NCBI GenBank assembly: GCA_029560465.1
Contig: JAKQKX010000069.1
Location: forward strand, 6,447 to 70,446
Direction: 5' to 3'
Source: Candidatus Omnitrophota bacterium
GTDB taxonomy: Bacteria > Omnitrophota > Gorgyraeia > Zapsychrales > JANLHA01
Length of the DNA: 64,000 bases
In this document: in pieces, positions 37,549 through 47,894 of the stretch
How the letters are laid out: every line of letters begins with the position of its first letter
Numbering within the stretch: position 1 is the stretch's first letter
Notes under the pieces: generated by a model
What the model saw: only the letters and a program-made list of their open reading frames with translations
Told to the model about the DNA's origin: nothing
Database searches by the model: none
Program-made: the position numbers and the translations under genes

Positions 37549-39953
37549 GATTATACGCTGGAACATCAATACAATTTATAGAAGATACTGTCCAAAACCA
37601 AATTGCCGAAAAATTAAAGCAAGCCTTTTTCTTTTATTACAGATTTAATCCTTCGCCAGGAGAGGTTAACTCCTGGCGGAATTCTCTCCGCTCGATTTCT
37701 CAAGTCTTTGAACATGCTCAATTGTTAGATCATGGTGTCATCTTAGAATATCAATTGCCGATGACATCCAGACGACTGGACTGTATGATTTGTGGCCAAG
37801 ATACGGAACGCAAAGACAATGCTGTTATTGTCGAGCTAAAGCAGTGGGAAAAATGTGAAGGCTCGGATGGTGATAATGAAGTTACAACATGGCTTAATGG
37901 CAGGAAAAGGGATGTTCTACATCCTTCGGTTCAGGTGGGGCAATATAAGCTATATCTTCAAGATACGCATACAGCTTTTTATGCTGGTTCTAATCCTGTC
38001 AACTTGAACGCATGTACTTATTTGCACAATTATTCCCATGATGCCCACGATGTTATCTTCGACGATAAATTTACTCCCAGCCTCGAGAGATTTCCTTTGT
38101 TTACGGCAGATGATGTCGACAGAATGATTGACTACCTAAGGATAAGGCTTAGGAATGGACAAGGCAGTGATGTTTTAAATCGAGTTGAGAAGAGTAAATA
38201 TCGGCCTTGCAAGAAACTGATGGATCATGTAGGTAATCTTATCAAAAACAAAAAGGAATACGTTCTTTTAGATGAGCAGCTAATAGTTTATGATACAGTT
38301 TTGACTTTTGCCCGCAAAGGATTCCATGACAAAAAGAAAGCTGCCATCATTATCAAGGGGGGCCCCGGGACAGGGAAATCTGTTATCGCAATAAACTTGA
38401 TGGCAGAGCTTCTCTTAAAAGGATATAACGCTCATTATGCAACGGGATCCAAGGCTTTTACTGAAACGTTAAGGAAGATTATTGGGACAAGAGGAGCGAT
38501 TCAGTTTAAATATTTTAATAGTTACATGAATGCAGATAATAATGCCGTTGATGTGCTGATTGCCGATGAAGCTCATAGAATTCGAACGACGAGCAATAGC
38601 CGATTTACAAAAAAGGAAAATCGTTCTTCATTAAGCCAAATCGAAGAGATTATGAATGCCTCAAAAGTCTCTGTATTTTTTATAGATGACAATCAGGTTG
38701 TAAGACCTAATGAGGTTGGCTCAACGGAATATATTAAGCAATATGCTCTTGAGAAGAAAGCGAATGTTATTGAATATGAGTTAGAAGCCCAATTTAGATG
38801 TAATGGTTCCGAAGCTTTTGTGAATTGGATTAACAATACTTTAGGGATAAAAAGGACAGCCAATGTCATTTGGGATCGACACGAAGAATTCGACTTTAAA
38901 ATATTTTCTTCTCCTGAAACATTAGAAGCTGCCATCCGTAATAAGGTGCAAGAGGGGCATACTGGAAGAGTAACTGCTGGATTTTGTTGGAAATGGTCTA
39001 ATCCTAGACAGGAGGGGACACTACTAGAGGATGTTGTGATTGGAAATTACAAACGTCCATGGGATGCAAAGCCCGATGCCAGAAAATTGGCCCCGGGTAT
39101 TCCCAAGGCTTCTTTGTGGGCCTATGATCCAGCCGGTATTGACCAAGTCGGATGCGTATATACGGCGCAAGGATTTGAATTTGATTATGTCGGTGTCATT
39201 TTTGGTGAAGATATTATTTATGATTTTGATAAGCAAGCATGGATTGGTTTAAAGGAGAACTCTGCAGATGAAGTGGTGAAGCGTAGCAAAGATCAGTTTG
39301 TGGAGCTGGTAAAGAATACTTATCGCGTGCTTTTAACGAGAGGGATGAAGGGGTGCTATGTTTATTTCATGAATAAAGACACAGAACGATTTTTTAAGTC
39401 AAGAATTGAAGGCATGATGTCTGAGGATTCTTTGATGTTTTCCGAAGTCGCTCAACAAATTGAGGATAATAGGGTAGGGGGGGTTGTGAACCAAATTGAG
39501 GAATCTTTGCGTTTTAAAGAATATTTACCAGTTTATTCTTTGGCTGCGGCATGTGGCCGTTTCGGTGAAGGGCAAGAAGTTTCCCCTTTAGGATGGATGA
39601 GAGTTGATACAGGACGCCGTCTTAATCGCAATATGTTTGTTATTAAAACAGTTGGTTTGTCAATGGAGCCAAGAATTAAAGACGGATCTTATTGTGTCTT
39701 TCAGGGTAATGTGGTTGGATCGAGGAATGGGAAAATCGTATTAGTTGAACTGCGGCAGGATGCTGATCCCGATACCGGGAGATATACTATTAAACGTTAC
39801 TCCAGCCGAAAAGTATTCGGTGATGATGGTCAATGGAAGCACGAAGAGATTATATTGGAGCCATTAAATAGTGCTTTTGACAAAATTGTTTTAAACGGAA
39901 ACCAGGATGGTGAATTAAAGGTTGTTGCAGAATTTTGGGACATTGTTGGGTAG
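37545..39953 (+). CDS. DUF2075 (SF1-like helicase) with N-terminal nuclease-like and C-terminal S24-like domain
   Basis: RLD..VELKQW; GGPGTGKS; DEAH; QGFEFDY; YRVLLTRG; GLSMEPRIKDG..YTIKRY. Confidence 0.85.
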   Translation: MRLYAGTSIQFIEDTVQNQIAEKLKQAFFFYYRFNPSPGEVNSWRNSLRSISQVFEHAQLLDHGVILEYQLPMTSRRLDCMICGQDTERKDNAVIVELKQWEKCEGSDGDNEVTTWLNGRKRDVLHPSVQVGQYKLYLQDTHTAFYAGSNPVNLNACTYLHNYSHDAHDVIFDDKFTPSLERFPLFTADDVDRMIDYLRIRLRNGQGSDVLNRVEKSKYRPCKKLMDHVGNLIKNKKEYVLLDEQLIVYDTVLTFARKGFHDKKKAAIIIKGGPGTGKSVIAINLMAELLLKGYNAHYATGSKAFTETLRKIIGTRGAIQFKYFNSYMNADNNAVDVLIADEAHRIRTTSNSRFTKKENRSSLSQIEEIMNASKVSVFFIDDNQVVRPNEVGSTEYIKQYALEKKANVIEYELEAQFRCNGSEAFVNWINNTLGIKRTANVIWDRHEEFDFKIFSSPETLEAAIRNKVQEGHTGRVTAGFCWKWSNPRQEGTLLEDVVIGNYKRPWDAKPDARKLAPGIPKASLWAYDPAGIDQVGCVYTAQGFEFDYVGVIFGEDIIYDFDKQAWIGLKENSADEVVKRSKDQFVELVKNTYRVLLTRGMKGCYVYFMNKDTERFFKSRIEGMMSEDSLMFSEVAQQIEDNRVGGVVNQIEESLRFKEYLPVYSLAAACGRFGEGQEVSPLGWMRVDTGRRLNRNMFVIKTVGLSMEPRIKDGSYCVFQGNVVGSRNGKIVLVELRQDADPDTGRYTIKRYSSRKVFGDDGQWKHEEIILEPLNSAFDKIVLNGNQDGELKVVAEFWDIVG

Positions 39954-39955
39954 AT

Positions 39956-40663
39956 ATGAAAAAGATACAAGATGATATTTTAAGTTATAGAGAAATGTGT
40001 GATCAGGAGAATGTGCAGACATTACAGAGAGGCATGAACTATCGCCTAAATCCATCGTATTCGGTTATTTTGATGTCCCAAAGGACCAATGCTCCTTATA
40101 AGGATAAAATCCATGAAGATGGAATTACTATTGAATATGAAGGACATGACGTATCAAAAAGAAGCTATACACATGACCCCAAGGGTGAAGATCAACCCGA
40201 GGAATTGCCTCCTGGCACAATGACCCAGAATGGAAAGTTTAAGAAAGCTGTTGAGGAATTTAAGGCTAAAAAAAGAAAGCCGGAACTTGTTAAGGTTTAC
40301 GAAAAGATTCTGGCTGGGACATGGTCCTTGAAAGGTGTTTTTCATTTAGTTGATTATAAGTATATCGATGATGGGCGGCGCAAGGTCTTTCGATTTATAC
40401 TCAGATTATCTGAAGATCCTATGGCAAAAGAAAATTTAAAAGTTTCAGATATAAATCTTCCGGATTCGAGATTGATCCCCTCTGAGGTCAAGAAAGAGGT
40501 TTGGAAGAGAGATAAGGGGCGATGTGTTCTTTGTGGCTCAATCAAGAACTTGCATTTTGATCACGATTTGCCTTTTTCAAAAGGAGGGACGAGCTTGTCG
40601 ATTAAGAATGTAAGATTGTTGTGTATGAAACATAATTTGGAGAAATCAGGAAAAATAGAATGA
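39956..40663 (+). CDS. HNH endonuclease with SRA-like N-terminal domain
   Basis: YKD..IEYEG; VWKRDKGRCVLC..HFDH..NVRLLCMKHN. Confidence 0.85.
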   Translation: MKKIQDDILSYREMCDQENVQTLQRGMNYRLNPSYSVILMSQRTNAPYKDKIHEDGITIEYEGHDVSKRSYTHDPKGEDQPEELPPGTMTQNGKFKKAVEEFKAKKRKPELVKVYEKILAGTWSLKGVFHLVDYKYIDDGRRKVFRFILRLSEDPMAKENLKVSDINLPDSRLIPSEVKKEVWKRDKGRCVLCGSIKNLHFDHDLPFSKGGTSLSIKNVRLLCMKHNLEKSGKIE

Positions 40664-40795
40664 ATCAAATATTTATAGTTAATATGTCCGTGGATGTGTG
40701 GGATTTCTATCCAGTAGCTTTTAACCAAATCAAGACTCGTGTTGCTGAATTCCTGAGACAGGAAAAGTCAAGGCAGGGATAGAGGTTTTATCAAT

Positions 40796-41809
40796 ATGAT
40801 AGTGCTTCGTCTGACAAATAAAGTCCTTAAGGAATTCGGAAAACAGAAACCGGATATTGTTCAGATCTCTGAAGAATCCGTTGCCGACGAATGGTATGTG
40901 AATTTGTTTCGCTTCGATCGGCATAAATGTTTGCTGTTTACCCATGCCGGAACGTTATTTTCTTTTGTGGTGATGGGCGTGTCCCGGAAGGATATTCAGG
41001 TGTTGCCTGAGCTTTTCAGCAAAGAATTATCCAAAGCGTTGTTCTATGAGGAGTTCTCAGCCGGGCAGATCGGAGAGTTTTTGAAACGGGCCGATCAGAT
41101 AGCGATTGCGAAAACGAATAACCGCAGTGTTTTATCTTCCATGAACCAGATAACCTTTGAGTATCCGTTTATCTTGGCGAGGTTTGCGCATTTGGGGGAG
41201 GAGGGCTTTGTTGCCGCTAATCGGGAGTTGAACACCATGCTTCGCGGTGCAATCGGCGAAGGCAAGCACGATTACGGCGTCCCTATTGAGCGCTTCACGG
41301 AGATGGTCACGGGGAAGAAATCTGAGCGAGCGGAAAAAGGCCTCAAGCTTGGTTTGCAAAATCAAGAAGCTTATGTCTTTGAGGCCAGAATGACCCATTA
41401 TTGTGAGGGTGAGAATATTACTCGCCAGGTTGCGGTATCAGGCAATAAAAATCTTCTGCATTTGGCGCAGGTTATTTTGGGCGCCTTTAATTTTGATTGC
41501 GATCATTGTTTCGGATTTTATGGGGATATTGAAAAATATCCCGGCAGGGAGCAGACAGAAATTTACGAAGCGTTTGTTGATGCGGATGTTGAATCCACGA
41601 GCGACGTGGCCCAGAGCGTAGAAAAGACAAAGATCGCAGCCGTTTTCAAAGATGTTGGAAAGAAGATGTTATTTATGTTTGATTATGGAGAGGACTGGCG
41701 GTTTATTGTTGAACTCAAAGAGATCCAGACGAACTCAATCGGCAAATTGCCAAGAGTTTTAAGCAGTATAGGCATCGCCCCGCCGCAGTATCCGAAATCC
41801 CCCCGCTGA
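40796..41809 (+). CDS. DUF6933-like / plasmid pRiA4b ORF3-like protein
   Basis: WYVNLF..HAGTLFSF; FNFDCDH..FMFDYGEDW. Confidence 0.75.
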   Translation: MIVLRLTNKVLKEFGKQKPDIVQISEESVADEWYVNLFRFDRHKCLLFTHAGTLFSFVVMGVSRKDIQVLPELFSKELSKALFYEEFSAGQIGEFLKRADQIAIAKTNNRSVLSSMNQITFEYPFILARFAHLGEEGFVAANRELNTMLRGAIGEGKHDYGVPIERFTEMVTGKKSERAEKGLKLGLQNQEAYVFEARMTHYCEGENITRQVAVSGNKNLLHLAQVILGAFNFDCDHCFGFYGDIEKYPGREQTEIYEAFVDADVESTSDVAQSVEKTKIAAVFKDVGKKMLFMFDYGEDWRFIVELKEIQTNSIGKLPRVLSSIGIAPPQYPKSPR

Positions 41810-41867
41810 CACCCCGCCTGCGGTCTAACATATATTATGGCGAGGAACTCCTATGATGTCCCCATCT

Positions 41868-41955
41868 TGTAGATTTGTGCATATTTTTCTGTAAATCTGT
41901 GCATGGAACAATGTAGATTTGTGCATAAATTTCTGTAGTTCTGTGCATAATTTTG
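41868..41955 (+). repeat. 4 x 22-bp direct repeat upstream of ATPase
   Basis: TGTA(G/A)(A/T)T(T/C)TGTGCAT at 41868, 41890, 41912, 41934. Confidence 0.85.
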
Positions 41956-41989
41956 TGCTATGCTTAAAGCATCGACAGGGAGGTGTTTA

Positions 41990-43210
41990 ATGAAATACTT
42001 TTCAAGATGGTTGGAAAAGCGAATCACTGAGGTGCTGAAATCGCATCCGGTCATCATTTTGACGGGGCCCAGGCAGGTAGGGAAGAGCACATTGTTGGAG
42101 AATGCGCCTTCTTTGAAGGAGTGGAGATATTTGACATTAGATGATCCTGATGCTCTGGAGCAAGCTAAGGATGATCCAAAGGGATTGCTTTGGGAGGAGA
42201 AGCCAACGATTATTGATGAGGCTCAGCGGTGTCCGGACCTTCTCGTGACCATTAAGTATTTTGTTGATAAATCAGGAAGGAAGCGGCAATTTATCTTGTC
42301 GGGTTCGGGAAATATTTCATTGCGGAAAACTCCTCGCGAGACTTTGGCTGGGCGCGCAAAGTATCTTCATTTAACCGGTTTCAGCTTAAGAGAGAGGCAG
42401 GAGTTACCTGCTCAATCCATCCTGGATGAGTTTTTGCAGAGCAGGAATATTGAGCCTGGGGAGGTTAAGAAAACAGCAGACCTTTTCGAGACAGTTTGGC
42501 GAGGGGGATTGCCAGGCGTTGTTTTGGCTTCTTCGGATAAGGTGGCGTTGGAAAGAATGGGAAGCTATGTCGATACTTATATTCAAAGAGATATTCAAGA
42601 TTTGATGAAAATTCGCCACCCGCAGAATTTTCGTCGGCTTATGGCGGCATTGGCTGAGGCCACTGGATGGGAGAGTGTGCAGGATGAATTATCCAAGGCT
42701 TGTGGGGAAAAGCGAAGTAATGTCAGTCGGCATATGAGTCTTTTGAAAGATACACATTTGCTTTATGAATTAAAGGGATACGCGGGTAAGGGAGAAAGAT
42801 CGTATCGTCAGTCAAAATATTTTTGGTTTGATTCAGGTGCGGCGTGTTTCTTGGCTGGCATTCATTCGCCCAAGGATCTCAAGAAACCGAATCTCAAAGG
42901 GAGATATCTTGAGAATTTTATCCTTCAACAAATTCTATCTTGGGCATCATTACGAGTGATCCCTCCGGAGGTTTTTTACTGGAAGCCGCGCGCACAAGAT
43001 ATTGAAGTTGATTTTGTCGTTCGTGCCAATGGGAAAGTGGTTGGAATTGAGGTGAAATCAGCAGGAGAGGTGACGTTTGGCGATACTCGGACTATGAGGG
43101 AATTTCTAAAATCTCACCCCGAGGCTTCAACGGGGATCATTGTTTATAGTGGTAATAAGATTTTCCCCATAGCATCGAATATTTATGCGGTACCTTGGAT
43201 AGCTTTTTAA
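41990..43210 (+). CDS. AAA_14 ATPase with DUF4143 domain
   Basis: GPRQVGKS, IDEAQ, LAGR, GGLP, KYFWFDSG, EVDF..IEVKS. Confidence 0.9.
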   Translation: MKYFSRWLEKRITEVLKSHPVIILTGPRQVGKSTLLENAPSLKEWRYLTLDDPDALEQAKDDPKGLLWEEKPTIIDEAQRCPDLLVTIKYFVDKSGRKRQFILSGSGNISLRKTPRETLAGRAKYLHLTGFSLRERQELPAQSILDEFLQSRNIEPGEVKKTADLFETVWRGGLPGVVLASSDKVALERMGSYVDTYIQRDIQDLMKIRHPQNFRRLMAALAEATGWESVQDELSKACGEKRSNVSRHMSLLKDTHLLYELKGYAGKGERSYRQSKYFWFDSGAACFLAGIHSPKDLKKPNLKGRYLENFILQQILSWASLRVIPPEVFYWKPRAQDIEVDFVVRANGKVVGIEVKSAGEVTFGDTRTMREFLKSHPEASTGIIVYSGNKIFPIASNIYAVPWIAF

Positions 43211-43414
43211 GCCGTTTAATAGGTGTTAGCTTAACCTTACACGTGTTAGGTATTCCTAACACCGGCATGTTGAGATGATTTTCGAACCATGACAAAGGTT
43301 CGGTAATAGCGTTCGTCGATAACGGCAAAAATCTTGGTTCGGAAAGTTCGGAAAAAATAGAATTTAATATAATCTCATATAACGGTTATATGAGATTATG
43401 GGAGGCAGTTCAAA

Positions 43415-43605
43415 ATGATGCACGGGTACAAACAGTTGGTGTCGGTGCCAGAAATGGCCGAGATTCTCAATGTTCCCGTTAGTTGGCTGTGTATGGCCGG
43501 ACTCGCTTCGGGGAAAAATCGATCCCGCATGTGAAATTTGGGAAGTACATTCGATTCAATCCCGAAGAAGTCATCGAGTTTTTCAGGCAAAAAACGACTC
43601 GATAA
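43415..43605 (+). pseudogene. Frameshifted excisionase, homolog of 29512
   Basis: KQLVSVPEMAEILNVPVSWL / YGRT..IPHVKFGKYIRF with an extra TG. Confidence 0.75.
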
Positions 43606-43689
43606 AGTTGGCACAAATCTGGCACATGGCCGGATGAGAAAAACATAACTACCTATGTGCCATGGCCTTGCGTCTCTTGACCTTTTCTT

Positions 43690-43733
43690 TCATAACCTGA
43701 AGGTCACAGGTTCAAATCCTGTCCCCGCAACCA
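43690..43733 (+). other. tRNA-Met 3' half, att site 2
   Basis: TCATAACCTGAAGGTCACAGGTTCAAATCCTGTCCCCGCAACCA. Confidence 0.9.
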
Positions 43734-43798
43734 ACTTAGGGCCATAGAGTTACGATTATTTTATGGCCCTTTTTATCCCCCAAAATCCCCTTGGATCC

Positions 43799-44155
43799 TG
43801 TGACCTGTCCCCAAAAACTAGACCAAAACTTGGTTGAAAATTTTGGCTTTTGGGGGCCCTTGTTTTTGTTGCCGGGCGAACTGTTCCGGCGATAAATTTC
43901 CGATCGCGCTGTGCGGTCGGAACATATTATAGTCTCTACGCCAATCCTCAACTTTTTGAACCGCAGCAGCAATGGATTCAAAGCTGTTTACGTTTAAACA
44001 TTCATCCCGCAGTTTGCCATTAAAGCTTTCAATAAAGGCGTTTTCAACCGGCTTCCCCGGCCGGATAAAATCCAAAATAACCCGATTCTTGTATGTCCAT
44101 CTATCTCATGTCTTGCCCCTGAATTCAGAGACGTTATCAACAGTGCTCGCCTGAG
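43799..44155 (-). pseudogene. IS3-family transposase 3' remnant with right IR
   Basis: [32 protein letters not shown]; TGACCTGTCCCC end. Confidence 0.85.
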
Positions 44156-44469
44156 GCCATTAAGGTGTAACTTGCAAATTGTATAGATAAATTCTGTCAG
44201 GAATCCCCTAATAGCCTGATTATATCGAACCATAGAGTAAGGTTCGGTATAATGGTAATATCTAACTGATTATAAATCAGTTAGTTGTAAAAAGTCTATG
44301 GTTCGGTAGACATTAAAGAATACGTTGCGTTTACATTAGGAATATGGTATATTATTATCGAACCATGTGGCGAGGTTCGATAATAGAAGTTTTCATAATG
44401 TATTGTAATAAAATTGATTATAAATATTTCATTTAAGGGTATGGTTCGGTAAGTTCGATGGAGGATTAA

Positions 44470-45513
44470 ATGAAGAATGAATTAAAATTAGAATCAATAA
44501 AAAGGGAGCTCGAACAATTACGCCGTGTCAAAATTGATAACTTAATTAATGTATCAAATGCCGAATGGTATTCATTGTTCAAAGATGAGATTCGTAATTC
44601 CATTGCGATAGAGGGCGTCTTTGCCAATCGAACAGATTTAATCGATGTCTTAGAAAACAATAAAAGAACTGACAAACACAAAGCGGCATCCATTCTGGGT
44701 TATTTTGAATCGGCATCCGCAATGTATGAGTATGCTGTTAATCAATATAAGGAAAAAGAATTTTCTTTGCGTATGTCCGATATTAAGCAGATCCATACGC
44801 TTTTGATGCGTTACGAAAAAGAGATGGGATTTTATATTGGGGATTTGGGAGAACTCCGCAAGACCAGGGCAGAGGTTGCGCAATCAACATTTACTCCGAT
44901 TAGTGAATTTTATGTGCGTCCCGCAATGGAATTATTCATCAAATGGATTCACTACCATCTTAGCAAAAATATTTATAATCCTATTGAATTAGCCGCTATG
45001 TCGCATGTTTGGTTTGAGTCTATTCATCCCTTTAGGGATGGCAATGGACGGGTGGGAAGAATATTGTTGTCGTATATTCTTATAGGATGCGGTCTTATTA
45101 ACATCGCGATTAAAGGTATTTCTAAGAAAGATCGTAATCATTATTATGACGCATTGGAACAAGCGGATAATGCGTTTGAGGATATACATCGCAAAATGGA
45201 GCAAGGAGAAAAGTTTGACGTGGCGGGTGTCGACCAATTAATTAAACTAAAAGTCTTTGATGAAATTAAGACAATCATTCTCGACCGTCTTAATGATTCA
45301 GTCGGGCGTTTAAAGGAAATCGATATTCATAATATCAACAAAGAAGCTGAATTATCACTGAGTGAATTGGCCCGTATTTATAATTATTCGTCGGACTATC
45401 TTCGGAATTTAATCAACCGGGGGAAATTGAAGGGACGTAAAAAGGGTAAGACGTGGTATGTGCGTGTCCGGGATATGGCGGCCTATGCCGAAGAGGCGGG
45501 GAACGGAGCATAA
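44470..45513 (+). CDS. Fic family protein with C-terminal HTH
   Basis: HPFRDGNGRVGR; inhibitory SIAIEG; LSLSELA..GKLKGRKKGKTWYV. Confidence 0.9.
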   Translation: MKNELKLESIKRELEQLRRVKIDNLINVSNAEWYSLFKDEIRNSIAIEGVFANRTDLIDVLENNKRTDKHKAASILGYFESASAMYEYAVNQYKEKEFSLRMSDIKQIHTLLMRYEKEMGFYIGDLGELRKTRAEVAQSTFTPISEFYVRPAMELFIKWIHYHLSKNIYNPIELAAMSHVWFESIHPFRDGNGRVGRILLSYILIGCGLINIAIKGISKKDRNHYYDALEQADNAFEDIHRKMEQGEKFDVAGVDQLIKLKVFDEIKTIILDRLNDSVGRLKEIDIHNINKEAELSLSELARIYNYSSDYLRNLINRGKLKGRKKGKTWYVRVRDMAAYAEEAGNGA

Positions 45514-45649
45514 GGTGACGGGAGAACTTTGCTCTATTCAATTAAAGGGGAGCAGTATAGATTGGAACGTCTGCGAAGCACAGTTCTAAGCGATTTTACC
45601 TCTGAATATTGGGGAAGAATCGATTGCGGGAGCCCTGGAGTGGCGAGCG

Positions 45650-45669
45650 AAATCCTGTCCCCGCAACCA
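45650..45669 (+). other. tRNA-Met 3' end fragment, att site 3
   Basis: AAATCCTGTCCCCGCAACCA followed by a terminator like that after 36709. Confidence 0.8.
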
Positions 45670-45986
45670 GTATAAAAAGCCGTCTCTCGTCGAGAGAAGC
45701 GGGCTTTTTTTGCCAAAACGTTCTTTTCAAAAAGCCTCATTTTATATCAATTTCTATGAATTTCGATGAGTTTTGATCTACAGTTGGCACATGTTTTCCG
45801 TATTGACCGGTGTTGGCTTTGATGGGATAATAATTTGTTTCTTAATTTTTTATAATTTTTAGTGAAATATCCTATGTGTTCTGAATATTCAACTAGTTTT
45901 GTAAGAAGTTGTAACACAAATTTTTTTTAGTTATCTAACCCGGGAAAATAGTCCCGGGTTTTCTGTTATGAGAGGAGCTTAGAGAG

Positions 45987-47102
45987 ATGAAAATAATAAA
46001 GAGACTGTTAATTTATACCAGCGTGTTATTTTGGGTTTATGGTTGTGCATCAGCCAATCTTAACAAAACTATAGCTAAAGGCAATACTCAGAAAGCATTA
46101 AAGCAAATTTCTTCCGGTAAATATATTGATAAGAAAGACAAAGACGGTAATACGGCTTTACATGTCGCTGCCTCGAATGGCAATTACCAAGTAATTGAGG
46201 CGCTGTTAAGCAAAGGCATTAATATAAACACCCGAAATCATTCAGGCAATACTCCCTTACATTCGAGTATCTTAAGTAAGAATATAAATTTAAAGGTTAT
46301 TGATCTTCTTATAGATAGTGGTGCCGATATCAATGCAAGCAATAATCAAGACCACACACCCCTTATTTTAGCTGGCAATGCAACGGAATTTAAAGACGAC
46401 CAAATCAAGCTGGTTGAGACCTTGATAGCCAGAGGGGCCGAGCCCGATGCTGTGGATAGGCTTGGAATGACTGCCCTCCATTATGCGGCTTTCAAAGGTG
46501 AGCCTTTAGAAGTTATTGAAATATTGGCGGACGCAGTGAATGACATTAATACTCAAAATATCTATGGTTTCACTCCATACGATTTGGCTGCCCAAAATGG
46601 CAAAGTTGATGCTGCCAGAATTTTTTTGAAAAGGGGAGTAATCCCGCATGTGATCGTAAAAGCTGCTACAGAGCAGGAAAAAGTAGATGATGCAGAGGAT
46701 GATCCGGCAGTAAATTTAGCTTATATAAGCACTGCTCGGGGGTATAAGTTTTATAGTGATTGGCTTAAGGAAAATAATAAATCAGGGGAAACCGTAGAAA
46801 TGTATGAAACATCGATGACGCATTATGAGAAAGCGATTGACGAATATGAGAGAGTTATTGCCATTTATCAAGGGATGATATCAAGAGCCAAAAGAAAGAA
46901 CAGAAATAATGTCATAAAAAGTGTTTTCGCTTCAACGGTCGGGGTGGCTTTAGCCTGCACCGTGGGAGTTGGATTTGTTTCTATCCCAATAAATGCCAAC
47001 ACTGTGCCGTTATGTGAAGAAGTGATATATGGTTACCAGCGGGATATTAACGCATGTCGGAAAGAAATGAGGGATATTGAAACATCTTTAGCAGACATAT
47101 AG
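45987..47102 (+). CDS. Ankyrin-repeat lipoprotein
   Basis: Lipobox VYGC; GNTALHVAA, GNTPLH, GMTALHYAA. Confidence 0.85.
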   Translation: MKIIKRLLIYTSVLFWVYGCASANLNKTIAKGNTQKALKQISSGKYIDKKDKDGNTALHVAASNGNYQVIEALLSKGININTRNHSGNTPLHSSILSKNINLKVIDLLIDSGADINASNNQDHTPLILAGNATEFKDDQIKLVETLIARGAEPDAVDRLGMTALHYAAFKGEPLEVIEILADAVNDINTQNIYGFTPYDLAAQNGKVDAARIFLKRGVIPHVIVKAATEQEKVDDAEDDPAVNLAYISTARGYKFYSDWLKENNKSGETVEMYETSMTHYEKAIDEYERVIAIYQGMISRAKRKNRNNVIKSVFASTVGVALACTVGVGFVSIPINANTVPLCEEVIYGYQRDINACRKEMRDIETSLADI

Positions 47103-47181
47103 TGAAGTGGCCCTCATCTGAATATGCTGTTTAACGTTGTATGAGTTATTGGGGCTTTCCTGGACATAATCCCTATTCTAT

Positions 47182-47280
47182 GTAATACCCCCCTAAGGGT
47201 ATTACATGCGACATGTTATACCCTAAGAGGTATGATTCTATTAATAAATTATTGAAATTATACCCGGAAGGTGCTATATT
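47182..47280 (+). promoter_or_regulatory. Hip operon promoter with three TACCC..GGT operators
   Basis: GTAATACCC..GGGTATTAC, TATACCC..GGTAT, TATACCC..GGTG; TTGAAA-17-TATATT. Confidence 0.7.
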
Positions 47281-47286
47281 TTTACT

Positions 47287-47568
47287 ATGGTTAAATCAGA
47301 AAAGTCGGATAACATTATGACAGTTCACATTGCTTCACAAATAAAAGATTTACGTAAAAAAATCGGTTTAACCCAAATCGAATTTGCTAAACGGGTCGGC
47401 GTGGGTTTGCGTTTTTTAAGGGAACTTGAACAGGGTAAGACCACTGTGAGGATGGATAAGCTCAGCCAAGTTTTGGAATTCCTGGGATATCATCTGGAAA
47501 TAAAAAAGAATGAGCCGCAATCAACAATTAAACATCCTAAAACGGATTTGATGGATACTGATCAATGA
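47287..47568 (+). CDS. HipB-like (y4mF) HTH antitoxin
   Basis: LTQIEFAKRVGVGLRFLRELEQGK. Confidence 0.85.
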   Translation: MVKSEKSDNIMTVHIASQIKDLRKKIGLTQIEFAKRVGVGLRFLRELEQGKTTVRMDKLSQVLEFLGYHLEIKKNEPQSTIKHPKTDLMDTDQ

Positions 47569-47894
47569 GTATGATGAGAAAAGCCAGTATTTTTTATAAT
47601 AATGAATTGGCGGGATATTTAACTGAAACCTCGGATGGGTATACTTTTCAGTATGAGTACGAATTTTTAAAGAAAAATATCCCAATCTCAATTTCTTTGC
47701 CGCCCAGACCAGAACCGTATCATTCAAAAGAGTTGTTCCCTTTTTTTAAGGGACTCTTGCCGGAAGGGTGGTATTTGAATATTGTCAGCGCGACACAGAA
47801 GATTGATCATAAAGATTATTTTGGACTTTTGATCGGGACTGCGAGCGTAGATACTATTGGCGCGGTTACCGTGGAGCTGTCCCAGTCGGCGTAA
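47565..47894 (+). CDS. HipA N-terminal domain protein (HipS-like)
   Basis: YTFQY, ISISLP, LFPFFKGLLPEG, DTIGAV. Confidence 0.85.
   Translation: MSMMRKASIFYNNELAGYLTETSDGYTFQYEYEFLKKNIPISISLPPRPEPYHSKELFPFFKGLLPEGWYLNIVSATQKIDHKDYFGLLIGTASVDTIGAVTVELSQSA

Larger units (their letters stand above)
36710..43733. mobile_element. Second tandem island at tRNA-Met, integrase-less
   Basis: Bounded by tRNA fragments; TGGCAC repeats at 11-bp period near both ends; decayed HTH genes. Confidence 0.7.

Noticed and set aside
41868-41955. CRISPR array
   Set aside because: 22-bp period leaves about 7-nt spacers, and there are no cas genes in the window
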